From Opitutales bacterium (GTDB lineage: Bacteria > Verrucomicrobiota > Verrucomicrobiia > Opitutales > UBA2987), in assembly GCA_021772535.1 (NCBI GenBank), contig JAJFLV010000021.1, positions 1 through 60,172 on the forward strand: 60,172 nt of DNA. The letters are read 5' to 3'. Under the pieces are notes generated by a model. The model did no database searches, was not told where the DNA came from, and worked only from the letters and a program-made list of their open reading frames with translations. A program made the translations under genes and the position numbers. The first letter of the stretch is position 1. Every line of letters begins with the position of its first letter. Of this stretch, positions 9,362 through 18,531 are shown in pieces.

Positions 9362-10063
9362 TTATTCGACAAGGTTTTCCAGCCTCCCCAACCCATCGAC
9401 GCGGATGCTGATTCGATCGCCCGACTGTAAAGTAAATTCGTTTCCCGGAACGATCCCGGCCCCCATCAACAGGTAAGCCTCGTTCGGGAACACATTGTCG
9501 CGAAAGAGAAAGTCTGCTAATTCCTCGAACGACCGTTTCATCTGGCTGAGGCGCGTCTTTCCCTGAAAAGCGATTTCCTCCTTTCGCTCGATTATAAGTT
9601 CGATGCCCGTATTTGCACCAAGGGAATCCATAACCGTCAAACAGGATCTCAGGGCACAGCATTTCCTGCAGACCTTGGCCTGCGGCAGGTAGGGGGGATT
9701 GCCCCCCACGATGTCCCGCGAACTCAAGTCATTACTGATGGTATAGCCGAAGATCCCCCATGCGCGTTCACCGCCAGGGCTGCTTCCGGCTCCGGCACAT
9801 GCTTCACGGGAACGCAAATAAGTGAAACCGGCAGCCCGGATTTCCTGGTTTTCCATCGGTGCATGAAGCTCCATCAATTCAACCGGCACATCCCGGTTCA
9901 CCGCTTCAATTTCTCCAATGTTTTCTTCCAACCACCGGGCGAGGTTTTCTTCTCTGAGAGGGCGTCCAAAAGGTGGAAATGTGTCAGCCAGTCTGTAAAT
10001 CCTGATCATGGTAATGTTTAAGAGGGCGTCTAAGACCCCATCCCATGAGTCGGGAAGAAACAA
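9362..10063 (-). pseudogene. Degenerate fumarylacetoacetate hydrolase family gene (2-keto-3-deoxy-pentonate dehydratase-like); frame open but core missing
   Basis: QEIRAAGFTYLRSREA joins within ~15 aa to GYTISNDLSSRDI. The PELFFK...PEPEL segment I expect between them is absent, and RDIEGENPLY reads RDIVGGNPPY. Confidence 0.6.
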
Positions 10064-10133
10064 TTGCCAAAGCAGGTTAAAAGAGGTAGACTATGGTTTT
10101 AGACAATTATAATGCCTCAATCCATTTGAAACC

Positions 10134-11084
10134 ATGAAAATCCCGGCTCTTTTCTGCATTTGCTTAATTCTCTTTCCGGGTTTACTGCTTGGGGACCAAT
10201 CTGCCAGGGTTTTTCCGACCGCTGTCTATGGGACATACAAAAAGGAAAAAATTCCCGTTTTTGGTGTCGAAGGTCAATACGCGCTGTCAAAGCAAAAGGG
10301 GAAAACCGTAAAACTGCTGCCCAAACACCTGACCATTGAAAGAAGCGATTATTACAATCCGGGATTTGTTGAAATAACGAACGCCGATTTTGAAAGCTCT
10401 TATGAGGGGGTTTACTCCCTCGATTCCACCATCGCGATTTCGGGCACCAAGTCCACTTTCGAGGGTCACTACAAAGCCAGAATGAAGGTCGAAGGCAGCA
10501 TCGAAAACATCTACGTGATAGCTTATTGTCTTCCCAGTTCGGCCCTCCAAATGGACGAGCTCTCCGCCGAGCGAATCAACCTCACATTTAAAAACCTTGG
10601 CTCCTTAAAAAATCAAGACGAAGTCGATTTAATTATCGATGTAAATTTCATGCCCGATTTCTTTGCCGTCGGCGACGAATTTGTTCTCATTCCGATATTT
10701 TACTCAAACGGATACGAGATTAGGAGCAACCTCAGTTCTGAAATATATTCCTATTTCCGTAAACAGGAAGAGATCTACCACAGCCAGCTGCTCGCCGAAT
10801 ACCTGAGAAATAACACAGGAAACACACTCAAACACACACCATTCATCAGATTCCTGCCCTACCTCCCCCCAGCCGTCTTTAAAAGACAAGGCTCCATCGA
10901 CACTGCCGCAGTCCTCACCATAGACAAATCAGGCAAAGTGCGCAAAGTTGACCTCGACCTTGAGGATATGGACCCAGAAGCGGCAACCTGTTTAACCGGC
11001 GGCCTCAAGGACTGGCTCTTCCTCCCCCCTCTCAAAGAAGGAACCCCCCACCCCTTCCGCATCAAAGTCCCCCTCAAATACTGA
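10134..11084 (+). CDS. Exported protein with a TonB C-terminal-like domain
   Basis: Signal peptide; C-terminal LTIDKSGKV...LKDWLFLPPLKEGTP...IKVPL resembles TonB_C. Confidence 0.6.
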   Translation: MKIPALFCICLILFPGLLLGDQSARVFPTAVYGTYKKEKIPVFGVEGQYALSKQKGKTVKLLPKHLTIERSDYYNPGFVEITNADFESSYEGVYSLDSTIAISGTKSTFEGHYKARMKVEGSIENIYVIAYCLPSSALQMDELSAERINLTFKNLGSLKNQDEVDLIIDVNFMPDFFAVGDEFVLIPIFYSNGYEIRSNLSSEIYSYFRKQEEIYHSQLLAEYLRNNTGNTLKHTPFIRFLPYLPPAVFKRQGSIDTAAVLTIDKSGKVRKVDLDLEDMDPEAATCLTGGLKDWLFLPPLKEGTPHPFRIKVPLKY

Positions 11085-11234
11085 GGTAAAAGGTGCTTCT
11101 GACATTTTTGTTGAATGGCCAATACTCAGGATGCATAGTGTCGGATCGTTTCGGATTTCAGTGTTTTTTGAGGTCTGACACCTGAATCTCTAATCCGCAA
11201 TCGCCATAAAAGTTAAAGTGCTCCCTAGAGAGCA

Positions 11235-12122
11235 TTAATGCCGATAAACATAACTTCCTCGGAGGAATAGGTGGTGTTGGCCATGGAGGCGGATGGCTTC
11301 GTAGTTGATGAGGGGATTGTTTTGGGGAGTGAAGTATTGCTCATGTGAAAGGTCGAATAATCCGGACCGAGGATTGCCCGCCGAGTTGTAGCGCCCGCCA
11401 AAGTGTCCGGCGTAAGTGAGGCGGCATTCGTCCAGGAGTTTGTCCTTGGCCAGGGCCGCGATGAGCCTTCCACCTGCCGTCACGTCGAGAAAGCGGATGT
11501 CCATTTCTTTCCTTAAATAACGCATGACTTCCCGGTAATCGAGAGTGGCGCCGCCAAATGTCTTCAGGCGGGTATTGCCTTCCTCCATAGGATGAAAGCC
11601 CTCACTAGAGGCTTTTCCGGCACTTCTCAGAACAGTTTCCCGGCCATGCTTGGTTGTGAGGATCACAGTGAAAAAACGGTCGTCGTTGAACATGGGGTGG
11701 CGCATGTCGAAATCCCCGGTAGCGGTAATGACCAGATTGATGGGATAAGGACCGGATTTTTTGAGAACCTTTTGCCGGTATTCCATCAGATCCTTATAAA
11801 CCGGAATCCACTTAATCTCCGGTTCAGCCCGGATGATCCGGCCGGTGCCCAGAACCGCATCGGCATAGAGCCAGCCGGCATTGAGGAGCCGCCAATCGGC
11901 CTCACTGCCGGAGTTTTCGATATGGGTTAATGCAACGGTATCCCCGGCCAGGGCTGCCTGCTCCTGAAAACTGGTTACCCCATCGAGTGTGGCCACCGAC
12001 ATGGTCCAGGTATAGGGCCGCTCCTCTGGGGCTTTAATTCCGTCGAGAGAGTAAAAGGTCTTGATCTCCTCCAGGGGAATGAACTCATTGCTGAATTCGG
12101 CCAAACGGGGTTGAATATTCAT
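11235..12122 (-). CDS. RibD C-terminal (pyrimidine reductase/DHFR-fold) family protein
   Basis: RPYTWTMSVATLDG, ADAVLGTG, LDVTAGGRLI and LLDECRLT motifs. Start moved from 12224 to the ATG at 12122 to leave room for a divergent promoter. Confidence 0.75.
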   Translation of the reverse strand: MNIQPRLAEFSNEFIPLEEIKTFYSLDGIKAPEERPYTWTMSVATLDGVTSFQEQAALAGDTVALTHIENSGSEADWRLLNAGWLYADAVLGTGRIIRAEPEIKWIPVYKDLMEYRQKVLKKSGPYPINLVITATGDFDMRHPMFNDDRFFTVILTTKHGRETVLRSAGKASSEGFHPMEEGNTRLKTFGGATLDYREVMRYLRKEMDIRFLDVTAGGRLIAALAKDKLLDECRLTYAGHFGGRYNSAGNPRSGLFDLSHEQYFTPQNNPLINYEAIRLHGQHHLFLRGSYVYRH

Positions 12123-12226
12123 CGCTTTGAGGTTGATGGAATGATCAAACAAGCAGTCTTCCCGGTCATTAACGAGAATTATTTGAGTTTGCCACACATC
12201 CACCGAGAATCTACTGAAGTTCAAAC

Positions 12227-13297
12227 ATGACCAGCGCTAATCGATCTCTAAAAGATAACATTCCAACAAAATCTCTCTCCTTTGCCATTATTCCGTGGTT
12301 TTTGGCAGGTATTCTTTCTACAACTTTATTGGCGTCTGAAACAGACCAAAATATGGAACCCGGGAACGATAAAGAGAAGAAATCCGAGCAAAGGGTGCGT
12401 GTAACCAAAGAAGATTTGGTCAAACATTACGACCTCTCCAATCCGCAGATTGACCTTGAAGAAATGCTGGCCCCCGGCGTACCCAAGGACGGTATCCATT
12501 TCCTGACCAACCCAAAACGGATCAAAGTGAGCGGGGCGGATTACCCCCAGCCTGGGGAGCGTGTGGCCGTGGTCGAATTCAACGGCCAGGCGGTGGCTTA
12601 CCCGCTCGGAATTCTCAATTTTCACGAGGTGGCCAATGACACTGTGGGGGGCGTTCCCGTGGCCGTAACCTACTGCCCTCTGTGTGACTCGGTAGCCGTG
12701 CTGGACCGGCGATTACGAACAACCGATGAATCGGGCCGGGAAAAGGAAATCGTCCTTGAGTTCGGCATTTCCGGGTTTCTCTACAACTCCAACATGGTCC
12801 TCTACGACCAAACTTCGATGGGCCTGTGGTCGCAGGTCTATTTGAAGGCCTTTACGGGAAAATTCTCCGGGGAGTCTCTCGAATATCTACCGGTTCGCTT
12901 GATGCGGTTCGGGACCTTTCAAAAGGATTACCCCAAAGGCGAGGTTCTCAGCACCGATACCGGTTTCGATGAACCCTATGAAAAGAATCCCTATGCCGAA
13001 TATTTGAAAAATAACAAAGTTTTCCGCGACCACGACTTTGGCTACAAAAAAAATTTACCGGCAAAAACCCTGGGACTAGGCCTCAAGGTTGGCAATTACA
13101 GCGCATTTGTGACCGCCGAGAGGGCCCGCCAAGGCCCGGTTACAGTAGAAACTCCCGGGGGACCGGCAATTGTCATCGCTGACGATGCCGGGGTCTTGCT
13201 CAAATCAGGTCCTGCCGGAACCCGGGCCCTGCAAACCTTTTATCACAGTTGGTCAGCCTTCCACCCCGGGACGGAAGTTATCAGCGTCCAAAAATAA
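12227..13297 (+). CDS. DUF3179 family protein
   Basis: GVPKDGI, AYPLGILNFHEVAND, VTYCPLCDS, FGISGFLYNSNMVLYD and C-terminal WSAFHP motifs. Confidence 0.85.
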   Translation: MTSANRSLKDNIPTKSLSFAIIPWFLAGILSTTLLASETDQNMEPGNDKEKKSEQRVRVTKEDLVKHYDLSNPQIDLEEMLAPGVPKDGIHFLTNPKRIKVSGADYPQPGERVAVVEFNGQAVAYPLGILNFHEVANDTVGGVPVAVTYCPLCDSVAVLDRRLRTTDESGREKEIVLEFGISGFLYNSNMVLYDQTSMGLWSQVYLKAFTGKFSGESLEYLPVRLMRFGTFQKDYPKGEVLSTDTGFDEPYEKNPYAEYLKNNKVFRDHDFGYKKNLPAKTLGLGLKVGNYSAFVTAERARQGPVTVETPGGPAIVIADDAGVLLKSGPAGTRALQTFYHSWSAFHPGTEVISVQK

Positions 13298-13409
13298 AAC
13301 GGCCACCGATAACGAAATTTACTGGCAACTATCGATTTTACTAATAATCGAACGGTTTTCTTTAAAATCTCGGCGGTAAGTACAATATATAGTAATTGTT
13401 ACCTAACCG

Positions 13410-14780
13410 TTGATTATGATTTCAAAAAACTTCTCCTCCGCGGCCGCCACAGCAACCGCTGCCCTCATTGCGTGCCTCCTGTTAACTCTGCACACCTTTG
13501 CCGATCGGCCAAAATTTCAGGTCCTACGATTTAATGAGGACTGGTCCAAACTGGCCGAACCAGAAAAAACGGACTCTTTTGACAGCCTCAAGTATATTGA
13601 GTTGGATGCTGAAGGAAACAACTGGCTGAGCATTGGCGGGCAGTTGCGCGAAAGGGTGGAAGCCTGGTCCGGGTTCGCCTTCCGGGACAACGACGAGGTC
13701 TTCAACCTGCACCGGATTTTTCTCCATGGGGATCTGCATTTAGGTCCAAACATGCGCGTTTTCGGTGAATTCATTAACGCCCTCTCCACCAATCGTGATC
13801 TTCCCGGAGGACGCCGCGGACTCGATGTTGATTCAGCTGACCTGCTCAATGCCTTCATCGATTTCAACCTGCCTCTGAATGATGCCAACCTGACACTGCG
13901 GATAGGGCGGCAGGAGTTTCTATTCGGAAAACAGCGGCTTATAAGTCCCCTGCCCTGGGCCAACACAATGCGCCGGTGGGATGCCATTAATGGAATCCTG
14001 ACCACGAAAAATTGGAAAATACAGGCCTTTGCTTCAAAATTCGTTCCGGTTGACAAATATGATTTCAACGAAAACGACGACAACAACGTCCTTTTCGGAG
14101 TTTATGGTACCTTTAGGAAATCTCTCGATATCTATTATCTAGGGCGCGATCGGGACTCCATAGACAGCATCCGCCACACCATCGGCGCACGCTACTTCGG
14201 CAAAACCTCTGCCGGATTCGATTACGATGTGGAGGCCGCTTATCAGTTTGGCGAAGTGGGCTCCGCCGACGTCAACGCCATCATGGTGGGGAGCCAATTC
14301 GGTTATGGCTGGACGGATAACCAATGGAAACCGCGTCTGTGGCTGGGTTTCGATTACGGCAGCGGTGACAGCGACCCTGGAGACGGAGAAGTTGAAACCT
14401 TCGATCAGCTATTTCCTCTCGGTCATGCCTACCTGGGATATATCGATATCGTGGGCCGGCAGAACATCATCGATTTCAGCCAGGGAATTGACCTCAAACC
14501 GGCCAAAAAGATCGGTTTCAAAATCGCCAATCATTTCTTCTGGAGAGCGGAGTCTGCTGATGCTTTTTATAATGCGGGGGGTGGCGTTGTCCGTCCAGGA
14601 GGGGCTGGCAATGAAAATTCCATAGGAAGCGAAATCGATTTTACGGCCACATATTCGATTAATGCCCACACCTCTTTATTATTAGGCTACAGTCATTTTT
14701 TTGCAGGAGATTTTGTTGAACAAAGCGGCGCTGCCAACGATACCGACTTCTTCTACACCCAACTTTTATTCAGATTCTGA
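13410..14780 (+). CDS. Alginate export (AlgE-like) outer-membrane porin family protein
   Basis: Signal peptide; RFNEDWS...LKYI, LRIGRQEF.FG.QRLI, SGDSDPGDG..TFDQLFP motifs; ends in aromatic residue F. Confidence 0.85.
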   Translation: MIMISKNFSSAAATATAALIACLLLTLHTFADRPKFQVLRFNEDWSKLAEPEKTDSFDSLKYIELDAEGNNWLSIGGQLRERVEAWSGFAFRDNDEVFNLHRIFLHGDLHLGPNMRVFGEFINALSTNRDLPGGRRGLDVDSADLLNAFIDFNLPLNDANLTLRIGRQEFLFGKQRLISPLPWANTMRRWDAINGILTTKNWKIQAFASKFVPVDKYDFNENDDNNVLFGVYGTFRKSLDIYYLGRDRDSIDSIRHTIGARYFGKTSAGFDYDVEAAYQFGEVGSADVNAIMVGSQFGYGWTDNQWKPRLWLGFDYGSGDSDPGDGEVETFDQLFPLGHAYLGYIDIVGRQNIIDFSQGIDLKPAKKIGFKIANHFFWRAESADAFYNAGGGVVRPGGAGNENSIGSEIDFTATYSINAHTSLLLGYSHFFAGDFVEQSGAANDTDFFYTQLLFRF

Positions 14781-14805
14781 AGAGAATTCAGGGTGGTTGT
14801 GGACC

Positions 14806-15170
14806 CTACGCGCTTCTAACAGGCAGCAGCCGTTTTTCCCAGTTCGCTTCCTTAAAACCGGCCAGCCCGAATCTTTCCGCTAATAAAAAGGGCCGCTTGA
14901 TCAGCATGCCATTGGTTTGCAGCAAAGCCAACGAATCGTCAACGGACATGTTGGGCAGGCGATCCTTCAATTTCATACCCCGATAGAGCAAACCGGAGGT
15001 ATTGAAAATTTTTGCACCTCCCCCTCATAGGAATCCAGCATAAACCGCAATTCTTCCAGAGTAGGAGGAGTTTCCTTAATGGGTAGATCGGTGTATTCCA
15101 GGCCGTGACGATCCAGCCATTGCAAAGCCCGACGGCAAGTGCTGCATTTGTCGTAAACGTAAATCTTCAT
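14806..15170 (-). pseudogene. ArsC/Spx (YffB-like) family protein split by a 1-nt frameshift near 15005-15013
   Basis: The N-terminal part has YDKCSTCRRALQWL and the C-terminal part NGMLIKRPFL. Adding one base in CAAAAATTTTC restores ...FNTSGLLYR. Confidence 0.75.
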
Positions 15171-15310
15171 TCGTTAAAAACGTATCGTAAATGTAGCAGT
15201 AGGAAACAATCTTTTTAGAACCTATCTTAATATTCCCTTTTCAATCACTACGAAATTCTTTTGTATGCAAAAGGCTGGATTTTTGGGAGATAGACGGATC
15301 TCCACAATAT

Positions 15311-15588
15311 TAGAACCTATCTCAAAATCGATGATGTTGATGCAGAGAGCAATTATGCGCTTGGAGCAAGGCGCACCGGGGCTTGCCGGGCTGGAAGCCC
15401 TGCTGCCCCGGCGGAACGCCGCTCAAACACATAATTGCCTCTGTCCAAAGGATTTGTGCGGCACGGTAGCACCTGCTGCGTTGGTTTGCGCTCGAGGGGC
15501 TTATAGCCCATCTGGGCGCAAAGCCGCCTGGCATCTGCCACCGTGGCGTTACAAACATCATTCATCTGCGAATTTGAGATAGGTTCTA
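15311..15588. mobile_element. MITE, 278 bp, non-autonomous, with two inverted internal hairpin modules
   Basis: TAGAACCTATCTCAAA (15311-15326) and TTTGAGATAGGTTCTA (15573-15588) are perfect reverse complements bounded by TA; no credible ORF; extensive internal palindromes. Confidence 0.85.
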
Positions 15589-15611
15589 CTTTCTGTTTTC
15601 AACCTGATGGC

Positions 15612-16874
15612 ATGTCTGAAAATTTAACCAAGACCGCTTCGGCTCCCTTCCATGTGATGACCAAGCCAATTGGTCCACGCTGCAATATCGATTGCAAATA
15701 TTGCTTTTACCTCGAAAAGGAGAAGCTTTTCCCCCGGGGGGAAAATTCGCGGATGCCCAAGGACGTACTCGAAAATTATGTGCGACAGTACATCGAGGCC
15801 CAACCTGGGAAAGAGGTTACCTTCGCCTGGCAGGGAGGCGAGCCAACCCTTATGGGGGTGGATTTCTTTCGCCAAGCGGTAGCCTTTCAAAAAAAACATG
15901 GTAATGGGAAAAAAATCGCCAATTCATTCCAGACCAATGCCACCCTGCTTAATGACGAATGGTGCCGGTTCTTGAGGGATAACGACTTTCTTGTCGGCAT
16001 CAGCATCGACGGTCCTCGGGAACTCCACGACGCCCACCGGGTGGACCGCAAACAAAATTCCACCTTCGACCGCGTCATGCGTGGTATCGGCTTGTGCCGC
16101 AAGCATGGCGTGCAATTCAATACCCTCACCTGTGTCACTCGCCGCAATTCGAAAAAGCCCCTCGAAGTTTACCAATTTTTACGCAAAATCGGATCCCGAT
16201 ACCTCCAGTTCATTCCCATTGTGGAAAGAAAACCCGATGATACCGCCGCTTTGCTGAACCTTACCCTGGCGACTCCCCCCGAAGCGGAGGATGAAAGTGA
16301 TAAATTCAGCCCGGTTACCCCCTGGAGCGTGCTACCCAAGGACTACGGAAAATTTCTCGTAAACATTTTCGACCACTGGGTGCGCAACCATGTCGGCGGC
16401 ACCTATGTCCAGATCTTTGATGTGGCCCTCGGTAACTGGATGGACATGGGCGGCAGCCTTTGTATTTTCAGCGAACACTGTGGCCGAGCCCTTGCCATTG
16501 AACACAACGGCGACCTCTATGCCTGCGACCATTATGTTTACCCCCAATACCTGCAAGGCAATATCCGAGATAAAAGCATTGCGGAAATGGTCGATTCTCC
16601 GGTCATGAAAAAATTTGGCCGTGACAAATCAGACACCCTGCCCGCCTACTGCCGCCGCTGTGATTACCGCTTCGCATGCCACGGAGAGTGTCCCAAACAC
16701 CGCTTCATGAAAACCCCTGATGGCGAATACGGCCTCAACTACCTCTGCCCTGCCTACAAAAAGTTTTTCAGTCACATCGACCCCTATATGAAAACTATGT
16801 GCGATCTGCTCAGGAATCAACAGGCGCCCGCCTCCATTATGGGAATGCTCAAAAAGGGGCTCGTCCGGGTCTAA
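15612..16874 (+). CDS. aslB: Anaerobic sulfatase maturase (AslB/AnSME), radical SAM/SPASM protein
   Basis: FHVMTKP, CNIDCKYC, WQGGEPTL, SIDGP and SPASM cysteines (ACDH, CRRC, GECPK, YLC). ATG at 15612 chosen because the longer track start lies inside the MITE. Confidence 0.9.
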   Translation: MSENLTKTASAPFHVMTKPIGPRCNIDCKYCFYLEKEKLFPRGENSRMPKDVLENYVRQYIEAQPGKEVTFAWQGGEPTLMGVDFFRQAVAFQKKHGNGKKIANSFQTNATLLNDEWCRFLRDNDFLVGISIDGPRELHDAHRVDRKQNSTFDRVMRGIGLCRKHGVQFNTLTCVTRRNSKKPLEVYQFLRKIGSRYLQFIPIVERKPDDTAALLNLTLATPPEAEDESDKFSPVTPWSVLPKDYGKFLVNIFDHWVRNHVGGTYVQIFDVALGNWMDMGGSLCIFSEHCGRALAIEHNGDLYACDHYVYPQYLQGNIRDKSIAEMVDSPVMKKFGRDKSDTLPAYCRRCDYRFACHGECPKHRFMKTPDGEYGLNYLCPAYKKFFSHIDPYMKTMCDLLRNQQAPASIMGMLKKGLVRV

Positions 16875-16918
16875 CGTAATCTTGGGAATAAGTTTTTCTC
16901 ATAAGGGTAACTTAGTCA

Positions 16919-16947
16919 TTGCCCTGAACTTGGGGCTATCCCAATTT
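16919..16947 (+). promoter_or_regulatory. Putative sigma70-type promoter of the dUTPase gene, possibly leaderless
   Basis: TTGCCC, 17 bp, CAATTT, then 6 nt to ATG 16954; no Shine-Dalgarno. Confidence 0.35.
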
Positions 16948-16953
16948 TGACTT

Positions 16954-17325
16954 ATGGACAAGTTCGACGAAATTTTCGAGATGCAAAAAGCGCTCAACGC
17001 CCGCATTGGTGTCCACACCGATGAATTAAGCGACGAGGAGAAAGCGAAATGGATTCTCAATTACACGCGGGCGATGGAGCAGGAACTGGCCGAACTTGTT
17101 GATTCGGTGCCCTGGAAGTGGTGGGCCAAATACCAAAAATTCGATGAACAAAACGCTCGGGTGGAAGTGGTGGACCTTTTTCACTTCCTCATCTCACTGG
17201 CCCAGGTGCTGGGCATGAGCGCCGAGGATGTTCACCGGGCCTACCTGGAGAAAAACAAGGTCAATCACCAGAGACAGGAGAGCGGTTACGAGGAAAAAGA
17301 CCTAGAGGACTCCCGCCATATTTGA
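16954..17325 (+). CDS. Dimeric all-alpha dUTPase family NTP pyrophosphatase
   Basis: ELAELVDSVPWKWW, EVVDLFHF and KNKVNHQRQESGY motifs. Confidence 0.85.
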   Translation: MDKFDEIFEMQKALNARIGVHTDELSDEEKAKWILNYTRAMEQELAELVDSVPWKWWAKYQKFDEQNARVEVVDLFHFLISLAQVLGMSAEDVHRAYLEKNKVNHQRQESGYEEKDLEDSRHI

Positions 17326-17345
17326 TTGAGGGCCAGGCCTCATTA

Positions 17346-17723
17346 TTAATTTCCCTCCCCCTCTTTGGGAGTCCCCGAATACTGTTTCCCTTCACTCGCA
17401 TCTTCCATGCTTTTTAACTGACTCTCAAGGCCGATGGCCTGCTCCAGAGGAAGCACGAATGCGATGCCGGTGCCGGGCTCGTGAAATTTACCCTCCTTGG
17501 AAATCGCTTTCAGGATGGGGCCAACCAGGCTCTCCTCAACAATAAACAGGACGACATCGGTGGGGGCCTCGAGGGTGAGACCAAAAAAGGATTTGGCCTC
17601 GTGTATGCCGACCCCTCGGGCATTGATGATGGTGGCGCCGGTGGCGCCTGCTGCCTTGGCCCCATCGACAATGCTGTCCGTCAGGTCTGTTTTTACCATG
17701 GAGATTATGAACTTTAATTTCAT
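17346..17723 (-). CDS. PII-like signal transduction protein
   Basis: GATGATIINARGVG and PGTGIAFVLPLEQAIG motifs; short T-loop. Confidence 0.9.
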   Translation of the reverse strand: MKLKFIISMVKTDLTDSIVDGAKAAGATGATIINARGVGIHEAKSFFGLTLEAPTDVVLFIVEESLVGPILKAISKEGKFHEPGTGIAFVLPLEQAIGLESQLKSMEDASEGKQYSGTPKEGEGN

Positions 17724-17749
17724 TTCGATCCTTTCTTAAATTGCCCAGG

Positions 17750-18520
17750 CTAGGTTCGCCTTTGGTCCAACCAATGAGCGCATTGAATATAAGCCAAAAC
17801 GGTAATAATGGGAAAAACGCTGGCAAAGGCCACCAGGCCGAACCCGTCCAGGGCCACATTGCGCCCTGGTATGGTGCTGGAAAGCCCCAACCCCAGAGCG
17901 GCCACCAATGGCACGGTTACAGTCGAGGTGGTGACTCCACCTGTATCATAGGCCAATGGGATTATGTATCGTGGTGCAAATATGGTTTGCAATATGACGA
18001 TGAAATAGCCGGCAGCGAAGTAGATCAAAAGAGGAGTGCCTGTAATGATCCGAAAGATGCCCAGAATTATTCCTCCCGCAACCCCCACGGCCACGGCAAT
18101 CCTCAGTCCCCATTGCTTTATGCTTCCGCGGGATACCTCCTCAGCCTTCATGGCCACGGCCATAAGGGCGGGTTCGGCAATTGTTGTAGAGAAGCCGATC
18201 AGGCCACCAAAAAGGTAAATCCAGCCATAGGCCCACCAGACAGGTTCAGCGGTATTAGATTTTGAACCGAAAATAAAAGCGGGGGCGGACAATTGCTCTG
18301 CCATCATTTTGCCCACCGGAAAAAGTGCTTTATCGAGCCCGATGAGAAACAGGGCCAAACCCAGAATGCAGAATAAAAATCCAAACGCCACACGCTTCTT
18401 ATGGAGAATGGGTTGGCGCAGAATCAGTAATTGAAAAAATAAAATAAGCACAATGACGGGAAACACATCCCTGCCGGTTGAAAGGATGATTTTCCCTGTT
18501 TCAGTGAATTCGTTACCCAT
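17750..18520 (-). CDS. DUF1538 family membrane protein
   Basis: [11 protein letters not shown] and [18 protein letters not shown] motifs; multiple TM helices. Confidence 0.9.
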   Translation of the reverse strand: MGNEFTETGKIILSTGRDVFPVIVLILFFQLLILRQPILHKKRVAFGFLFCILGLALFLIGLDKALFPVGKMMAEQLSAPAFIFGSKSNTAEPVWWAYGWIYLFGGLIGFSTTIAEPALMAVAMKAEEVSRGSIKQWGLRIAVAVGVAGGIILGIFRIITGTPLLIYFAAGYFIVILQTIFAPRYIIPLAYDTGGVTTSTVTVPLVAALGLGLSSTIPGRNVALDGFGLVAFASVFPIITVLAYIQCAHWLDQRRT

Positions 18521-18531
18521 GGTGAGGCCGG

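Noticed and set aside
11087-11184. aaaaggtgcttctgacattttt and gaggtctgacacct, resembling REP-type motifs
   Set aside because: Too short and degenerate, and no RAYT gene is nearby.
12227-13297. Selenoprotein recoding in DUF3179
   Set aside because: The motif is CPLC with ordinary Cys codons and there is no in-frame TGA.
15265-15611. ORFs of 70-105 aa over the MITE and the extended aslB start at 15543
   Set aside because: Chance frames in GC-rich palindromic DNA; no transposase motifs.
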